A stretch of DNA of 32,000 nt from Methylocaldum marinum (GCF_003584645.1 NZ_AP017928.1:4446833-4478832), one strand, 5' to 3'; numbered from the stretch's first letter, positions 1 through 9,832 are shown. The notes: generated by a model from the letters alone, not told the origin. Made by a program: numbers and translations.

Positions 1-118
1 TTAGCATACGAAACCCGGTGCCGGATCAGCCTGGCACGGCTGATGCACTATTGAAGTCAGAACATCATAACCTGTTAGTACAAGTTGTTCGATCCCGAAT
101 TTCCCAGAGGTAACGCAA

Positions 119-1510
119 ATGAAGTTGAGAGTAGCCGCCGTAGTGGCCGTATTCGTGGCCGGTAGCGCAGATGCCGCGTCCGTGCGCATCGGCATCGGGC
201 ATCAGAGCATGTGTACCGATACCTATTCCGCGGGCGTGATCGTCAAGGAACTGAAGCTGATCGAAAAATACCTGCCCAAGGACGGCAAATACAAACGTGT
301 GAAATATAGCCTCGACTGGAAGGATTACACGTCGGGACCGCCGATTACCAACATGATGCTGGCCAACAAGCTTGATTTCGGCGTCATGGGGGACTACCCG
401 CTGATCGTCAACGGTGCCAAGTTCCAGGAAACCAGGAAAATGCGCTCGCTGTATATCGCGGGCACCGGTTACAACATGCGCGGCTCCGGTAATGCCCTGG
501 TGGTTCCGGTCGGGTCCGACGCCTACAGTTTCGAGGACCTCAAGAACCGGGAAGTTTCGGTACCGGAGGGTAGTGCCGCCTGGGGAATGACGCTGAAGGC
601 GATGCACGACATCGGCCTGTCCTCCGACGTCATCAAACTCAAGAATCAGAGTCCGCCGGTAGGCGCCGCCAACATCGCGAACCAGAAGATCGCGGCCCAC
701 GCCGACTTTTGTCCCTGGCCCGAAATCATGGAATTTCAAGGGACCGGCCGCAAGATCTACGACGGCAGCGAGACCGGCGTGCCCTATCTGCACGGGGTGG
801 TGGTGCGCAAGGATTACGCCGATAAATATCCGGAAGTGGTGGTGGCCTTCATGAAAGCCATCATCGAAGCCGGCAACTGGGTCCAAGAAGACCCGGTAGG
901 GGCCGCCGAAAGCCTGGAAAAATGGACCGGCGTTCCCAAGGAAGTGCAGTACCTCTATTTCGGCAAGGGCGGCACGCTGACCCTGGACCCCACGATCAAG
1001 AAGCCCTGGATCGACGCGCTGACGCTTCAGCATGGCGTGCTCGCCCGGGAAAAAGCCATTCCGCCCCTGAACATGGACGAATGGATAGACGACCGCTTCA
1101 TCAGGCAGGCCTACGCCGAATCGGGCCTGGATTACGAGGCGCAGGCGCGGCAGATGGTGGATCCCAAATCAGCCAACAAGGCCCTGCCGCCCGCCGAAAT
1201 CTGGCATCCCGGGAAGGGCATCGAATCCTACGCCAGCGTCGCCGACATGCTCAAGGCTACGGCCGACTACGAGGCGGCGGGACAAGCGATCAACGCCAGC
1301 TATGTGTATGACGAATTAACCGGCCTCAAGCTGTTCGGCAAGGTTGCCTTTTATGTCAAGACAGCGGATGGCGTGTTCAAGACCTTCATGAGAAAGCCCG
1401 ATGCCGTCGCCTACGCGGATCGCTCCGGTGGTTCCTTACTGGGAATCAAGGAGGCGGTCGGCAGTATGAAAGGGGCCGGATTGAACGCCGCGAGTGCCGA
1501 AGGGCAATAG
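119..1510 (+). CDS. ABC transporter periplasmic substrate-binding protein (NitT/TauT, SsuA/TauA-like; unusually long at 463 aa)
   Basis: Long ORF with signal peptide MKLRVAAVVAVFVAGSADA. First gene of a same-strand binding protein/permease/ATPase trio. The family call rests on operon context and general resemblance, not on a search. Confidence 0.8.
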   Translation: MKLRVAAVVAVFVAGSADAASVRIGIGHQSMCTDTYSAGVIVKELKLIEKYLPKDGKYKRVKYSLDWKDYTSGPPITNMMLANKLDFGVMGDYPLIVNGAKFQETRKMRSLYIAGTGYNMRGSGNALVVPVGSDAYSFEDLKNREVSVPEGSAAWGMTLKAMHDIGLSSDVIKLKNQSPPVGAANIANQKIAAHADFCPWPEIMEFQGTGRKIYDGSETGVPYLHGVVVRKDYADKYPEVVVAFMKAIIEAGNWVQEDPVGAAESLEKWTGVPKEVQYLYFGKGGTLTLDPTIKKPWIDALTLQHGVLAREKAIPPLNMDEWIDDRFIRQAYAESGLDYEAQARQMVDPKSANKALPPAEIWHPGKGIESYASVADMLKATADYEAAGQAINASYVYDELTGLKLFGKVAFYVKTADGVFKTFMRKPDAVAYADRSGGSLLGIKEAVGSMKGAGLNAASAEGQ

Positions 1511-1583
1511 CGGAACGACCGGATCGAAGCGTGACAGGCGGCGACGGTCCGGTGGCGGTCGCCCATAAAGAGAACAACGATAG

Positions 1584-2486
1584 GTGAGGAACATGTCCAT
1601 GTTGGCAGAATCAAGCGGCAGCGCAGCCAAACCCCAAGACGCCGAAGTGCCGGTGTCCGGCCGATCTCGATCGCCGGCCCCGCATGAATCCGTAATTCCC
1701 CGGCTGCTGACGGGAGGCTCCCGGTTCGCGGTACGCATGCTGTCGGTCCTGGCCGCGGTAATCCTTTGGCAAACCGCGTCGGAGCAGGGCTGGAGCTTCA
1801 TCCTGAACTTCGAGAACGTGCCGACGCCGCTGGTGGTGGGGAACGAATTCGTGGCGCAGCTGGCCACATCCGACTTCTATACCCATGTTTTGGTCAGCCT
1901 TCGGCGCATTGCCATCAGCTACGTACTAGCCGCCTTCCTGGGAATCCTGTGCGGGATACTGATGGGGCGTTTCAGAATCATGGAAGACATCTTGTCGGTT
2001 TATATCGAAATCCTGCGTCCGATTCCCGCGGTCGCCTGGATTCCGCTGGCCATACTGATGCTGCCGACCGAGGAATCGAGCATCATCTTCATCACCTTCC
2101 TGGGGGCTTTCTTTCCCATCGTGATCAACACGGTGGCCGGCGTCGAACAGACCCCGCCGCTGCTGCTGCGGGCGGCCCGTTCGCTGGGCGCGAGCAACAC
2201 CGCCATCCTGCGTCACGTGATCCTGCCGGGCGCGTTGCCGAGTATCGTCACCGGTCTGTCGATCGGCATGGGGGTTTCCTGGTTCTCACTGCTCGCCGGC
2301 GAAATCATCAGCGGCCAATACGGTATCGGCTATTTCACCTGGACCGCCTACACCCTGGTCGAGTATCCGAGAATCATCATCGGCATGCTCGTCATCGGCG
2401 CCCTGGGTACGTTCTCGACGATGCTGGTTCGCAAAGGCGCCGGTCCGCTGCTGCGCTGGCAGAGCAAGGAAGGGCATCGCGCCTGA
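1584..2486 (+). CDS. ABC transporter permease (SsuC/TauC-like inner-membrane component)
   Basis: Multi-TM hydrophobic profile and an EAA-like loop, LLLRAARSLGASNTAILRHVILPGALP. Sits between the binding protein and the ATPase. Start is uncertain: GTG at 1584, or ATG at 1593 or 1599. Confidence 0.85.
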   Translation: MRNMSMLAESSGSAAKPQDAEVPVSGRSRSPAPHESVIPRLLTGGSRFAVRMLSVLAAVILWQTASEQGWSFILNFENVPTPLVVGNEFVAQLATSDFYTHVLVSLRRIAISYVLAAFLGILCGILMGRFRIMEDILSVYIEILRPIPAVAWIPLAILMLPTEESSIIFITFLGAFFPIVINTVAGVEQTPPLLLRAARSLGASNTAILRHVILPGALPSIVTGLSIGMGVSWFSLLAGEIISGQYGIGYFTWTAYTLVEYPRIIIGMLVIGALGTFSTMLVRKGAGPLLRWQSKEGHRA

Positions 2487-2563
2487 AGACGGCCGCCCGT
2501 GAGATACCGGTCCGCGTCGAAAAACATGCATTCCAGAGTCAATCCGAACCTTGGTGACCCGTC

Positions 2564-3433
2564 ATGAACCTTACCGTCCTCAAACAAAAACAGCCGGCAG
2601 ATGCCGCGTACGGAACCGGCATTGCTCACGCGAAACCCAAACGCATACCGGCGACCAAGGGCCACGTCGAGATCGACGATGTCAGCATTCAGTTCGGGAC
2701 CGGGGCTGCCCGGAACGCCGCCGTCATGAATGCCGGGCTCGACGTGCGTCCCGGTGAATTCGTCTGCCTGCTGGGGCCTTCGGGCTGCGGAAAGTCCACG
2801 CTGCTCAACAGTGTCGCCGGTTTCGTGAAGCCGACCCGCGGCGAAATCAGGGTCGACGGCGCGGTGGTGCGCAAACCCGGTCCGGAGCGGGGCATGGTGT
2901 TCCAGCAGCATTCGCTGTTTCCGTGGAAAACGGTGCAGGAGAACGTCGCCTTCGGCCCCCTGATGGCCGGCGCCAACCGAGCCGAGGCCGAAAGCGTGGC
3001 AAGAACGTTCCTGGGAATCGTCGGCTTGCTGCGCTACGCCGATCATTTCCCGGCGACCCTTTCCGGCGGAATGCAGCAAAGGGTGGGTATCGCCAGAGCG
3101 CTCGCCAACTACCCTTCGGTGCTGCTGATGGACGAACCGTTCGGCGCCCTCGACGCCCAGACGCGCGCCATGATGCAGGAGAACCTGCTCGAGCTCTGGT
3201 CGGAATTCGGCACCACCGTACTGTTCGTCACCCACGACATAGACGAAGCCATCTTTCTCGGCGACCGGGTGGTGGTCATGAGCGCGAGCCCCGGGCGGGT
3301 GATCGAAGACATCCCGATCGGTTTGCCGCGCCCCCGCCGGCCGGAAGTGGTCACCGACGACCGATTCGTGAAAGTCAAGCGGCGCTGCCTGGAGTTGATC
3401 CGGCAGGAAACCTTGTGCGCTTTTTCCCGCTAG
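2564..3433 (+). CDS. ABC transporter ATP-binding protein
   Basis: Walker A GPSGCGKST, ABC signature LSGGMQQRV, Walker B LLMDEPFGALD, H-loop FVTHD. Confidence 0.95.
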   Translation: MNLTVLKQKQPADAAYGTGIAHAKPKRIPATKGHVEIDDVSIQFGTGAARNAAVMNAGLDVRPGEFVCLLGPSGCGKSTLLNSVAGFVKPTRGEIRVDGAVVRKPGPERGMVFQQHSLFPWKTVQENVAFGPLMAGANRAEAESVARTFLGIVGLLRYADHFPATLSGGMQQRVGIARALANYPSVLLMDEPFGALDAQTRAMMQENLLELWSEFGTTVLFVTHDIDEAIFLGDRVVVMSASPGRVIEDIPIGLPRPRRPEVVTDDRFVKVKRRCLELIRQETLCAFSR

Positions 3434-3477
3434 GCGAGAGAGTCTTCATCTGGCCCATACGGCAAAGAAGGCTTTGG

Positions 3478-3786
3478 GAAGCCGACGAAGACGCTCGGGC
3501 GGGGCAGGGCGTCGGGAAAGGATTCCCGACCAGGGTGGCACGGTCGTAGGTCGGCAATCCCTTGCCGACGAAGACGCTCGGGCGGGGCAGGGTGTCGGGA
3601 AAGGATTCCCGACCTACCAGGTGGCACGGTCGTAGGTCGGCAATCCCTTGCCGACGCAGACGCTCGGGCGGGGCAGGGCGTCGGGAAAGGATTCCCGACC
3701 TACAGGGTGGCACGGTCGTAGGTCGGCAATCCCTTGCCGACGAAGACGCTCGGGCGGGGCAGGGCGTCGGGAAAGGTTTCCCGGCC
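3478..3786. repeat. Tandem intergenic repeat, about 4 units of 83-86 bp, each with two perfect 8-bp-stem hairpins (REP/BIME-like)
   Basis: Hairpin A gtcgggaa-agga-ttcccgac at 3511, 3594 and 3680, degenerate at 3766. Hairpin B gtcggcaa-tccc-ttgccgac at 3550, 3636 and 3722. Linker ..gaagacgctcgggcggggcagggc.. is conserved. Confidence 0.9.
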
Positions 3787-3964
3787 AGCTCGGAAGGGCC
3801 CGCGGGGTAGATATGAAAATGTTCTTTTCAAGCCGGAGAAACACCATGGCAACCGACCGAAAGGCATCGAAACCGGAAACGGCAGAGCCAAGTCATGCTA
3901 TAACTTGTCATGACGTGTTATGTTCCATCCTGTTTCATTAACGGTTATCGGAGACTCGAACATC

Positions 3965-4708
3965 ATGAAAACGATCAACGAAGGGACTACCCGCACCTCG
4001 CCTCAGCCGCTCTACGTACAAATCAAGGAGGCGCTGAAACGCCGCATCCTGGAAGGCGAATACGCGCCGCATGAACAACTTCCCTCGGAAAACGCGCTGA
4101 TGGCGGCCTTCGGCGTGAGCCGCATCACCGTCCGCCAGGCATTGCGCGATCTGCACAGCGAGGGCCTGGTGTTCAGCGCCCAGGGCAAAGGGACTTTTGT
4201 CAGAAAACCCAAGGCCGTCCAGGACCTCCATCGCTTGGAAGGGCTGGGCGAAGCCATGACCCCCAAGGGTTACGAGACTTCCGCCCGGCTGATCGGCATC
4301 CAGGAGCGCCGTCCGACCCGGGAAATCCGCGAAAACCTGCGCCTGAAACCCGAGGACGAAGTCATCGAAGTCAAGCGGGTGCGCTACCTGAACCGCGAGC
4401 CGATCTCGGTGGACCTCAGCTATTTCCCGTCGCAACTGGGACTCCGCCTGTTCGGGCGGGATCTCACGGCGGACATCTTCCCCATGCTGGAGAACGAATT
4501 GGGCATTCCCCTGGGGGCGGCCGACATCAAGCTGGAGGCGCTCCTCGCCGATGACGAAACCATCCGGCTGCTGGGCATGTCGCCCGGCGATCCCATCATG
4601 CGCGTGGAACGGCTGACCTACGACCGGGCCGGAAATCCCATCGACTTCGAGTACCTCTCCTTCCGCGGAGATGCGTACCAATACCGTTTCCGGATCGACC
4701 GGAACTAG
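3965..4708 (+). CDS. GntR-family transcriptional regulator (HutC/FarR subfamily, UTRA-like C-terminal domain)
   Basis: N-terminal winged-helix signature LPSENALMAAFGVSRITVRQALRDLHSEGLV. About 245 aa, typical of HutC-type regulators. Start taken at ATG 3965 (MKTINEG); the ORF is open from 3920. Confidence 0.9.
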   Translation: MKTINEGTTRTSPQPLYVQIKEALKRRILEGEYAPHEQLPSENALMAAFGVSRITVRQALRDLHSEGLVFSAQGKGTFVRKPKAVQDLHRLEGLGEAMTPKGYETSARLIGIQERRPTREIRENLRLKPEDEVIEVKRVRYLNREPISVDLSYFPSQLGLRLFGRDLTADIFPMLENELGIPLGAADIKLEALLADDETIRLLGMSPGDPIMRVERLTYDRAGNPIDFEYLSFRGDAYQYRFRIDRN

Positions 4709-4833
4709 CGGACGGCATCCGGTGCCGGCGACAAATCCCGCATATGGATTCCACGCGGAAGGGCGGTTGCGCCGACTCCGCGCATCCACACCAGGGACGG
4801 TTTTTGCAGTTCAACCAACCCAACGAGAGGGCG

Positions 4834-6576
4834 ATGATGAGTACATTCACTAAACCACTTGTAACCGACGTCGACGTGTTGGTCATTGGCGGCGGCACGG
4901 CCGGCCCCATGGCTGCCGTGACCGCGAAGGAGAGAAATCCGAAGCTCAGCGTGATGCTGCTCGAGAAAGCCAATGTCAAGCGCAGCGGCGCCATCTCTAT
5001 GGGCATGGACGGCCTGAACAACGCCATCATCCCGGGGCACGCGACACCGGAGGATTACGTCAAGGAAATCACCATCGCCAACGACGGCATCGTTAACCAG
5101 AAGGCGGTCATGGCCTACGCACAGCGCAGCTATGCCATGATCCGGCAGCTGGACGACTGGGGTGTCTATTTCCAGAAGGACGAGACCGGCGACTACGACG
5201 TCAAGAAAGTCCATCACCTGGGCACCTACGTGCTGCCCATGCCGGAAGGCCACAACGTCAAGAAGATTCTCTACCGCCGCTTGCGGCGGGCGCGGGTCGT
5301 GGTGGAAAACCGATACCAGGCGACCCGCCTGCTGAAGGATGCCGACGGCCGCATCGCCGGCGCCGTGGCGGTGGGCACCCGCACCGGCGAAATCATCGTC
5401 TTGCGCGCCAAGGCGGTCGTGCTGTGTACCGGCGCCGCCGGCCGCCTGGGGCTTCCCGCCTCGGGCTATCTGTTCGGGACCTACGAGAATCCGGCCAACG
5501 TCGGCGACGGCCATGCCATGGCCTACCACGTCGGGGCGGAACTCACCAACCTGGAATGCTTCCAGATCAACCCGCTGCTCAAGGATTACAACGGTCCTGC
5601 CTGCGCCTACGTTACCGGCCCCCTGGGCGGCTACACCGCCAACGCTCACGGCGACCGATTCATCGAATGCGACTACTGGAGCGGGCAGATGATGCTGGAG
5701 TTCCATCGCGAGCTGGAAAGCGGCGACGGGCCGGTGTTCCTGAAGCTCGATCATCTCGCGGAAGAAACCATACAAGAGATCGAAACCATTCTGCATGGCA
5801 ACGAACGACCGTCCCGCGGACGTTTCCACGAAGGGCGGAACGTCGATTACCGGGAACGCATGGTGGAAATGCACATTTCGGAAATCGGCTTCTGCAGCGG
5901 CCACAGTTCGTCCGGCGTATGGATCAACGAGCGCGGCGAGACCAGTGTCCCGGGGTTGTACGGCGCCGGCGACATGGCTTCCGTTCCCCACAATTACATG
6001 CTGGGAGCTTTCGTCTATGGCCAGATCTGCGGCGAAAACGCGGCCGCCTTCGCGGACCTGCGGGATCGGCCGACGCCGGACGACGGCTTCATCGCAGCGG
6101 AGGCCCGGCGGGTGCTGGCGCCCGTGCAGCGGGATGACGGCATTACCCCCTACCAGATGGAATACAAGATCCGGCGTCTGGTCAACGACTACCTGCAACC
6201 CCCGAAAGTGACGAAAAAGATCGAAATCGGCCTGCAGCGGTTCCGGCAGATCCGCGAGGACCTGCCTTATCTGTACGCCCGCGATCCTCACGAGCTGCTT
6301 CGTGCCATGGAAGTCCACAATATTCTGGACTGCGCCGAAATGGCCGCCGTGTCCTCGCTGTACCGCCGGGAAAGCCGCTGGGGTCTTTATCACTACCGCG
6401 TTGATTATCCGGAGAAGAACGACGCCGATTGGTTCTGCCACGTTCAGCTCGCCAAGGACGAAAAAGGAAGCATGAGCTGCTTCAAACGGCCCATCGAGCC
6501 CTACATCGTCGCGCTGAACGAGCGCGAGAAAGAGTCCTACAACCAGTTTCGAATCAAACAAGCCGCCAACGCTTAA
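4834..6576 (+). CDS. FAD-dependent oxidoreductase, adenylylsulfate (APS) reductase alpha subunit-like (AprA-like)
   Basis: FAD fold DVLVIGGGTAGPMAA. C-terminal LRAMEVHNILDCAEM...RRESRWGLYHYRVDYPEKNDADWFC closely recalls the AprA motif ..RKETRWPGYYYRTDYPELNDEEWKC. GAGAGG lies 4 nt upstream of ATG 4834. The ORF is open from 4744. Confidence 0.8.
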   Translation: MMSTFTKPLVTDVDVLVIGGGTAGPMAAVTAKERNPKLSVMLLEKANVKRSGAISMGMDGLNNAIIPGHATPEDYVKEITIANDGIVNQKAVMAYAQRSYAMIRQLDDWGVYFQKDETGDYDVKKVHHLGTYVLPMPEGHNVKKILYRRLRRARVVVENRYQATRLLKDADGRIAGAVAVGTRTGEIIVLRAKAVVLCTGAAGRLGLPASGYLFGTYENPANVGDGHAMAYHVGAELTNLECFQINPLLKDYNGPACAYVTGPLGGYTANAHGDRFIECDYWSGQMMLEFHRELESGDGPVFLKLDHLAEETIQEIETILHGNERPSRGRFHEGRNVDYRERMVEMHISEIGFCSGHSSSGVWINERGETSVPGLYGAGDMASVPHNYMLGAFVYGQICGENAAAFADLRDRPTPDDGFIAAEARRVLAPVQRDDGITPYQMEYKIRRLVNDYLQPPKVTKKIEIGLQRFRQIREDLPYLYARDPHELLRAMEVHNILDCAEMAAVSSLYRRESRWGLYHYRVDYPEKNDADWFCHVQLAKDEKGSMSCFKRPIEPYIVALNEREKESYNQFRIKQAANA

Positions 6577-6587
6577 AGGAGCTCGCC

Positions 6588-6821
6588 ATGCCTATCGCCA
6601 CGACCCCCACCAGCGTCCCCGTCATCGTCGACGAGGAAAAATGCATTGCCGACAAAGGCTGCCGCGTGTGTATCGACGTCTGCCCGCTGGATGTTCTCTG
6701 GATCAACGAGAGCACCGGAAAGGCCCACATGAAATACGACGAATGCTGGTACTGCATGCCGTGCGAGGCCGACTGCCCGACCGGTGCCGTGAAGGTCAAC
6801 ATTCCTTACCTGCTGCGCTGA
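6588..6821 (+). CDS. 4Fe-4S dicluster ferredoxin, short AprB-like partner of the flavoprotein
   Basis: Two cluster motifs, CIADKGCRVCIDVCP and CWYCMPCEADCP. AAGGAG RBS at 6575-6580. Starts 12 nt after the flavoprotein stop. Lacks the C-terminal tail of canonical AprB. Confidence 0.85.
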   Translation: MPIATTPTSVPVIVDEEKCIADKGCRVCIDVCPLDVLWINESTGKAHMKYDECWYCMPCEADCPTGAVKVNIPYLLR

Positions 6822-6837
6822 ATGCAAAGGAGATCCC

Positions 6838-7794
6838 ATGCGCGATTTTAGCGACTCCCTGCTGAACGAGATTGCCGAACGCTTGGCATCGACGGACCCC
6901 GGCATTCGCCGGGTGGCGGTCATGGATCTGGTTGAATCGTCCGAACCGGAGGCTGCCGAACTGCTGGTGGCGGCTCTGAAGGACCCCGATCCCGGCGTCC
7001 GCCGGGAGGCGGCCAAGATCATCGACGAATTCGATGCGTCCGCAATGACGACGGCCTTGGTGGACGTGTTGACCGCCGACGATGAGAACGTCCGCAATGC
7101 CGCCGCCCGGGCCCTGTCGGACATCAAGGACCCGGCCGCCGCGCCGGCCCTGCTCGAGGCGCTGGACAACGAAGACCCGTTCGTCATCGCCGCCATACTC
7201 AAGGCCCTCAAGCCGCTCCGGGTTGCCGAGGCCAAACCCGCGGCCCTCCGGCACCTCGTCCATCCGGACCCGCGGGTGCGCCGCGAAGCCGTGGGCGTAC
7301 TCGGATACCTGCATGCCCCCGATACCCTCGATGCTCTCAAGAAAGTCGGCAGCGACGACAGCGACGACGAAGTGCGTCGCGCCGCGATCGGCGCGCTGCT
7401 TTTCGGCGAGCCGCCGGTGGTGGCCGACACCGTGGTCCGCGCGCTCGACGATGCCCACTGGCAAGTCCGCGCCGAGGCGGCGGTCAGTCTCGGCAAGCTG
7501 GGCAGCGTGGATGCCGTTCCGCCCTTGATCGGAGCCACTCGGGACGGGTATTGGCAGGTCCGGGAAAAAGCGTGCGAGGCGCTCGGCAAGCTGCGCGCAA
7601 TCGTGGCCATCGATTGTCTGGGAGAGTGCGCCGGCGATGCCATGAGCAATCTGCGCAAAGCGGCCATAGCCGCTCTCGGCGAGATCGCGCACATCAACGG
7701 CCGGCCATACATCGAGCACGCCATGAACGACCCCGATCCCGACGTGCGCAAGCTCGCCCGCTGGGCGCTCGGCAAATTGAACACCGCAATCTGA
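6838..7794 (+). CDS. HEAT-repeat (PBS-lyase HEAT-like) protein
   Basis: About 8 or more iterations of the D-P/E-x-x-VRR-x-A-x-x-AL motif, e.g. DPGIRRVAV, DPGVRREAA, DENVRNAAA, DPRVRREAV, DDEVRRAAI, HWQVRAEAA, YWQVREKAC, DPDVRKLAR. GGAG upstream. Confidence 0.85.
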   Translation: MRDFSDSLLNEIAERLASTDPGIRRVAVMDLVESSEPEAAELLVAALKDPDPGVRREAAKIIDEFDASAMTTALVDVLTADDENVRNAAARALSDIKDPAAAPALLEALDNEDPFVIAAILKALKPLRVAEAKPAALRHLVHPDPRVRREAVGVLGYLHAPDTLDALKKVGSDDSDDEVRRAAIGALLFGEPPVVADTVVRALDDAHWQVRAEAAVSLGKLGSVDAVPPLIGATRDGYWQVREKACEALGKLRAIVAIDCLGECAGDAMSNLRKAAIAALGEIAHINGRPYIEHAMNDPDPDVRKLARWALGKLNTAI

Positions 7795-7806
7795 AGGACT
7801 ATCGCC

Positions 7807-8130
7807 ATGACCTATGTCGTTACCGAGAACTGTATTCGCTGCAAATACACCGACTGCGTTGAAGTCTGCCCGGTAGACTGCTTTCACGAAGGTGAAAACT
7901 TCCTGGTCATAGACCCGGAGGAATGTATCGACTGCACCTTGTGCGCCGCGGAATGCCCGGTAGGCGCCATCTTCGGCGAAGACGAACTGCCGCCCGAATA
8001 TGCCGGGTACAAGGCGCTGAACGCCGAGCTGGCCAAAACCTGGCCGCTGATCAGCGCCGCCAAGGCGCCGCTGCCGGACGCCGGGGAGTGGGCGGACCGG
8101 CCGGGCAAGCGCGAGCACCTGGTGCTGTGA
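7807..8130 (+). CDS. fdxA: 7Fe ferredoxin ([3Fe-4S][4Fe-4S], Azotobacter FdxA type)
   Basis: [29 protein letters not shown]...[16 protein letters not shown] is the classic FdxA N-terminal signature. Length is 107 aa. Confidence 0.92.
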   Translation: MTYVVTENCIRCKYTDCVEVCPVDCFHEGENFLVIDPEECIDCTLCAAECPVGAIFGEDELPPEYAGYKALNAELAKTWPLISAAKAPLPDAGEWADRPGKREHLVL

Positions 8131-8181
8131 GCGGCGACCGTCGCGCGGCAACCCATCCGTTCATCAAGCAACCGGCACCGT

Positions 8182-8520
8182 ATGAAACCCACCCTGATCG
8201 CTGAAACCGGCGGCGTACGTCCGCCATCCGGCCCGCCCGCCGAGATTCGGTTGCGGGTCAAGAACAGGACTCTGGATCTGCATTGGCCCGACCGCTCCAT
8301 GGCCAGTATCCCGTTTTCCAGACTGCGTGCAGCCTGCGCCTGCGCCGGCTGTACCGCGCGAAAGCGGTCAGGCGCGGCGCCGGATGACGTGTCCGACATC
8401 GAACTCAGCGGCGTCGAGCCCGTCGGCTCGGTCGGCCTTCAACTGGTCTTTTCCGACGGCCACGACCGGGGAATCTACCCCTGGTCCTATCTGCAGGCAC
8501 TCTCGGAGGTCCAGACATGA
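8182..8520 (+). CDS. DUF971 (gamma-butyrobetaine hydroxylase-like N-terminal domain) protein
   Basis: LRVKNRTLDLHWPD...IPFSRLRAACACAGC...GLQLVFSDGHDRGIYPWSYL matches the DUF971 pattern as I remember it. ATGA overlap with the next gene. Confidence 0.7.
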   Translation: MKPTLIAETGGVRPPSGPPAEIRLRVKNRTLDLHWPDRSMASIPFSRLRAACACAGCTARKRSGAAPDDVSDIELSGVEPVGSVGLQLVFSDGHDRGIYPWSYLQALSEVQT

Positions 8521-9557
8521 TCCGCCAGCCGAGATACAGGACTTGGCGTTACCCGTTTTGCGGCTTGCGCCCGCAACTCGTTCGAGGCGTCGCGGCGCTT
8601 TATCCCGGGCTGCCCGTGTGCATCGTGATCGCGCTGGCGGCTCATTTCATCGCGGGGAGGCACGGAGGCACCGAAATCCTTTTGGCGGTGCTGTTGGGCA
8701 TGGTGCTCAGCCCCTTGCATCGGGACTCCCTCTGCCAACCGGGGATTTCGTTCGCCGCCCGTCCGCTGCTGCAGTTCGGAATCGCGCTCCTGGGAGCGCG
8801 TATCACGGTCGAACAAATCAGCGGCGATAACGCCCGAATGCTGTGCCTGGTGCTGGCGACCGTACCCGCAACGCTGGTGACCGGACTGGTGCTGGGACGT
8901 TTGCTGCGCCTGCCGGTACAGGCCAGCCTCATGGGCGCCGTCGCGGTTGCGATCTGCGGTGCCTCGGCGGTCCTCGCCGTGGCCGCGACCCTGCCGCGGG
9001 ACCAGTTGGACCAGCGCTACGTGCTGGGCATCATCGTCGGGGCGACCGGCCTCGGAACCCTGTCCATGATCATGTATCCCCTAGCGGCTTCGGCCTTGGG
9101 CTTTTCGGAAGTCGAGACCGGCGTCTTTCTCGGTGCGACCATACATGACGTCGCCCAGGCGGCGGGTTCCGGATACATGGTTTCCGAGAACGTCGGCGAC
9201 GTCGCCACGGTGACCAAGCTCATGCGCGTGGCCATGCTGGTGCCGGTGGTTGCGGTCATCGCCTTGTGGTGCCGGTCCGCATCCTCGGCGGCGCCGAAAC
9301 TGCCCTGGTTCCTGCTGGGCTTCTTCGTGATCGTACTGCTCAACAGCTTCGGCTATCTGGCCGAGGCGCCGCGCGCCGCGATGGTCGCGATCTCTCGCGA
9401 ATGCCTGCTGATCGCCATGGCCGCATTGGGAATGAAAACCTCGATTCCGGCCTTTCTCAAGCTCGGCTGGCGTCCCGTCGCTCAACTCACGGCGACCTCG
9501 ATCCTGCTGGCCGTAGCCGCGGGCTTTGCCGTACAGATACCGGTGCCGCTCGGGTGA
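8517..9557 (+). CDS. YeiH/UPF0324-family membrane protein (putative sulfate exporter family)
   Basis: About 10 hydrophobic segments, 346 aa, motifs such as LLQFGIALLGARITVEQI. Family assignment is by recollection and has not been searched. Confidence 0.7.
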   Translation: MIRQPRYRTWRYPFCGLRPQLVRGVAALYPGLPVCIVIALAAHFIAGRHGGTEILLAVLLGMVLSPLHRDSLCQPGISFAARPLLQFGIALLGARITVEQISGDNARMLCLVLATVPATLVTGLVLGRLLRLPVQASLMGAVAVAICGASAVLAVAATLPRDQLDQRYVLGIIVGATGLGTLSMIMYPLAASALGFSEVETGVFLGATIHDVAQAAGSGYMVSENVGDVATVTKLMRVAMLVPVVAVIALWCRSASSAAPKLPWFLLGFFVIVLLNSFGYLAEAPRAAMVAISRECLLIAMAALGMKTSIPAFLKLGWRPVAQLTATSILLAVAAGFAVQIPVPLG

Positions 9558-9648
9558 TGCCGAAATGCACCGGTCATCCGTACCGGCAATCCCGGTCGTG
9601 CCGGTTCCCGCCTTATTCCAAATCGTTTTCAATCAGGCATTCATTCGC

Positions 9649-9832
9649 GTAGGGTGGGTTAGGCGCACATCAGCACTGACCGACGGCCGATCACCGCGCG
9701 TCGCGTGCGCCGTAACCCACCGGGCGACTTCCCATCGGTGGGTTTCGCGCAGCCTGTCGAAGGGCCTGTCCTGAGCCCGGGCGAAGGGCTAACCCGCCAT
9801 CGATGGGTTTCGCTTCGCTCTACCCACCCTAC
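9649..9832. repeat. Composite REP/MITE-like palindromic element
   Basis: Outer inverted repeat gtagggtgggt...acccaccctac. Inner pair gggttaggcgcac/gtgcgccgtaaccc. Core motif gtcgaagggcctgtcctgagcccgggcgaagggc recurs near 19895-19945. Confidence 0.8.

Noticed and set aside
1-195. 64-aa minus-strand ORF at the left edge.
   Set aside because: It overlaps the start and signal peptide of the binding-protein gene and shows no features. It is most likely upstream non-coding DNA plus shadow frame.
3375-3941. Several 60-110 aa ORFs on both strands across 3375-3941.
   Set aside because: They read through the tandem double-hairpin repeat and consist of repeated translated repeat units, so they are not credible genes.
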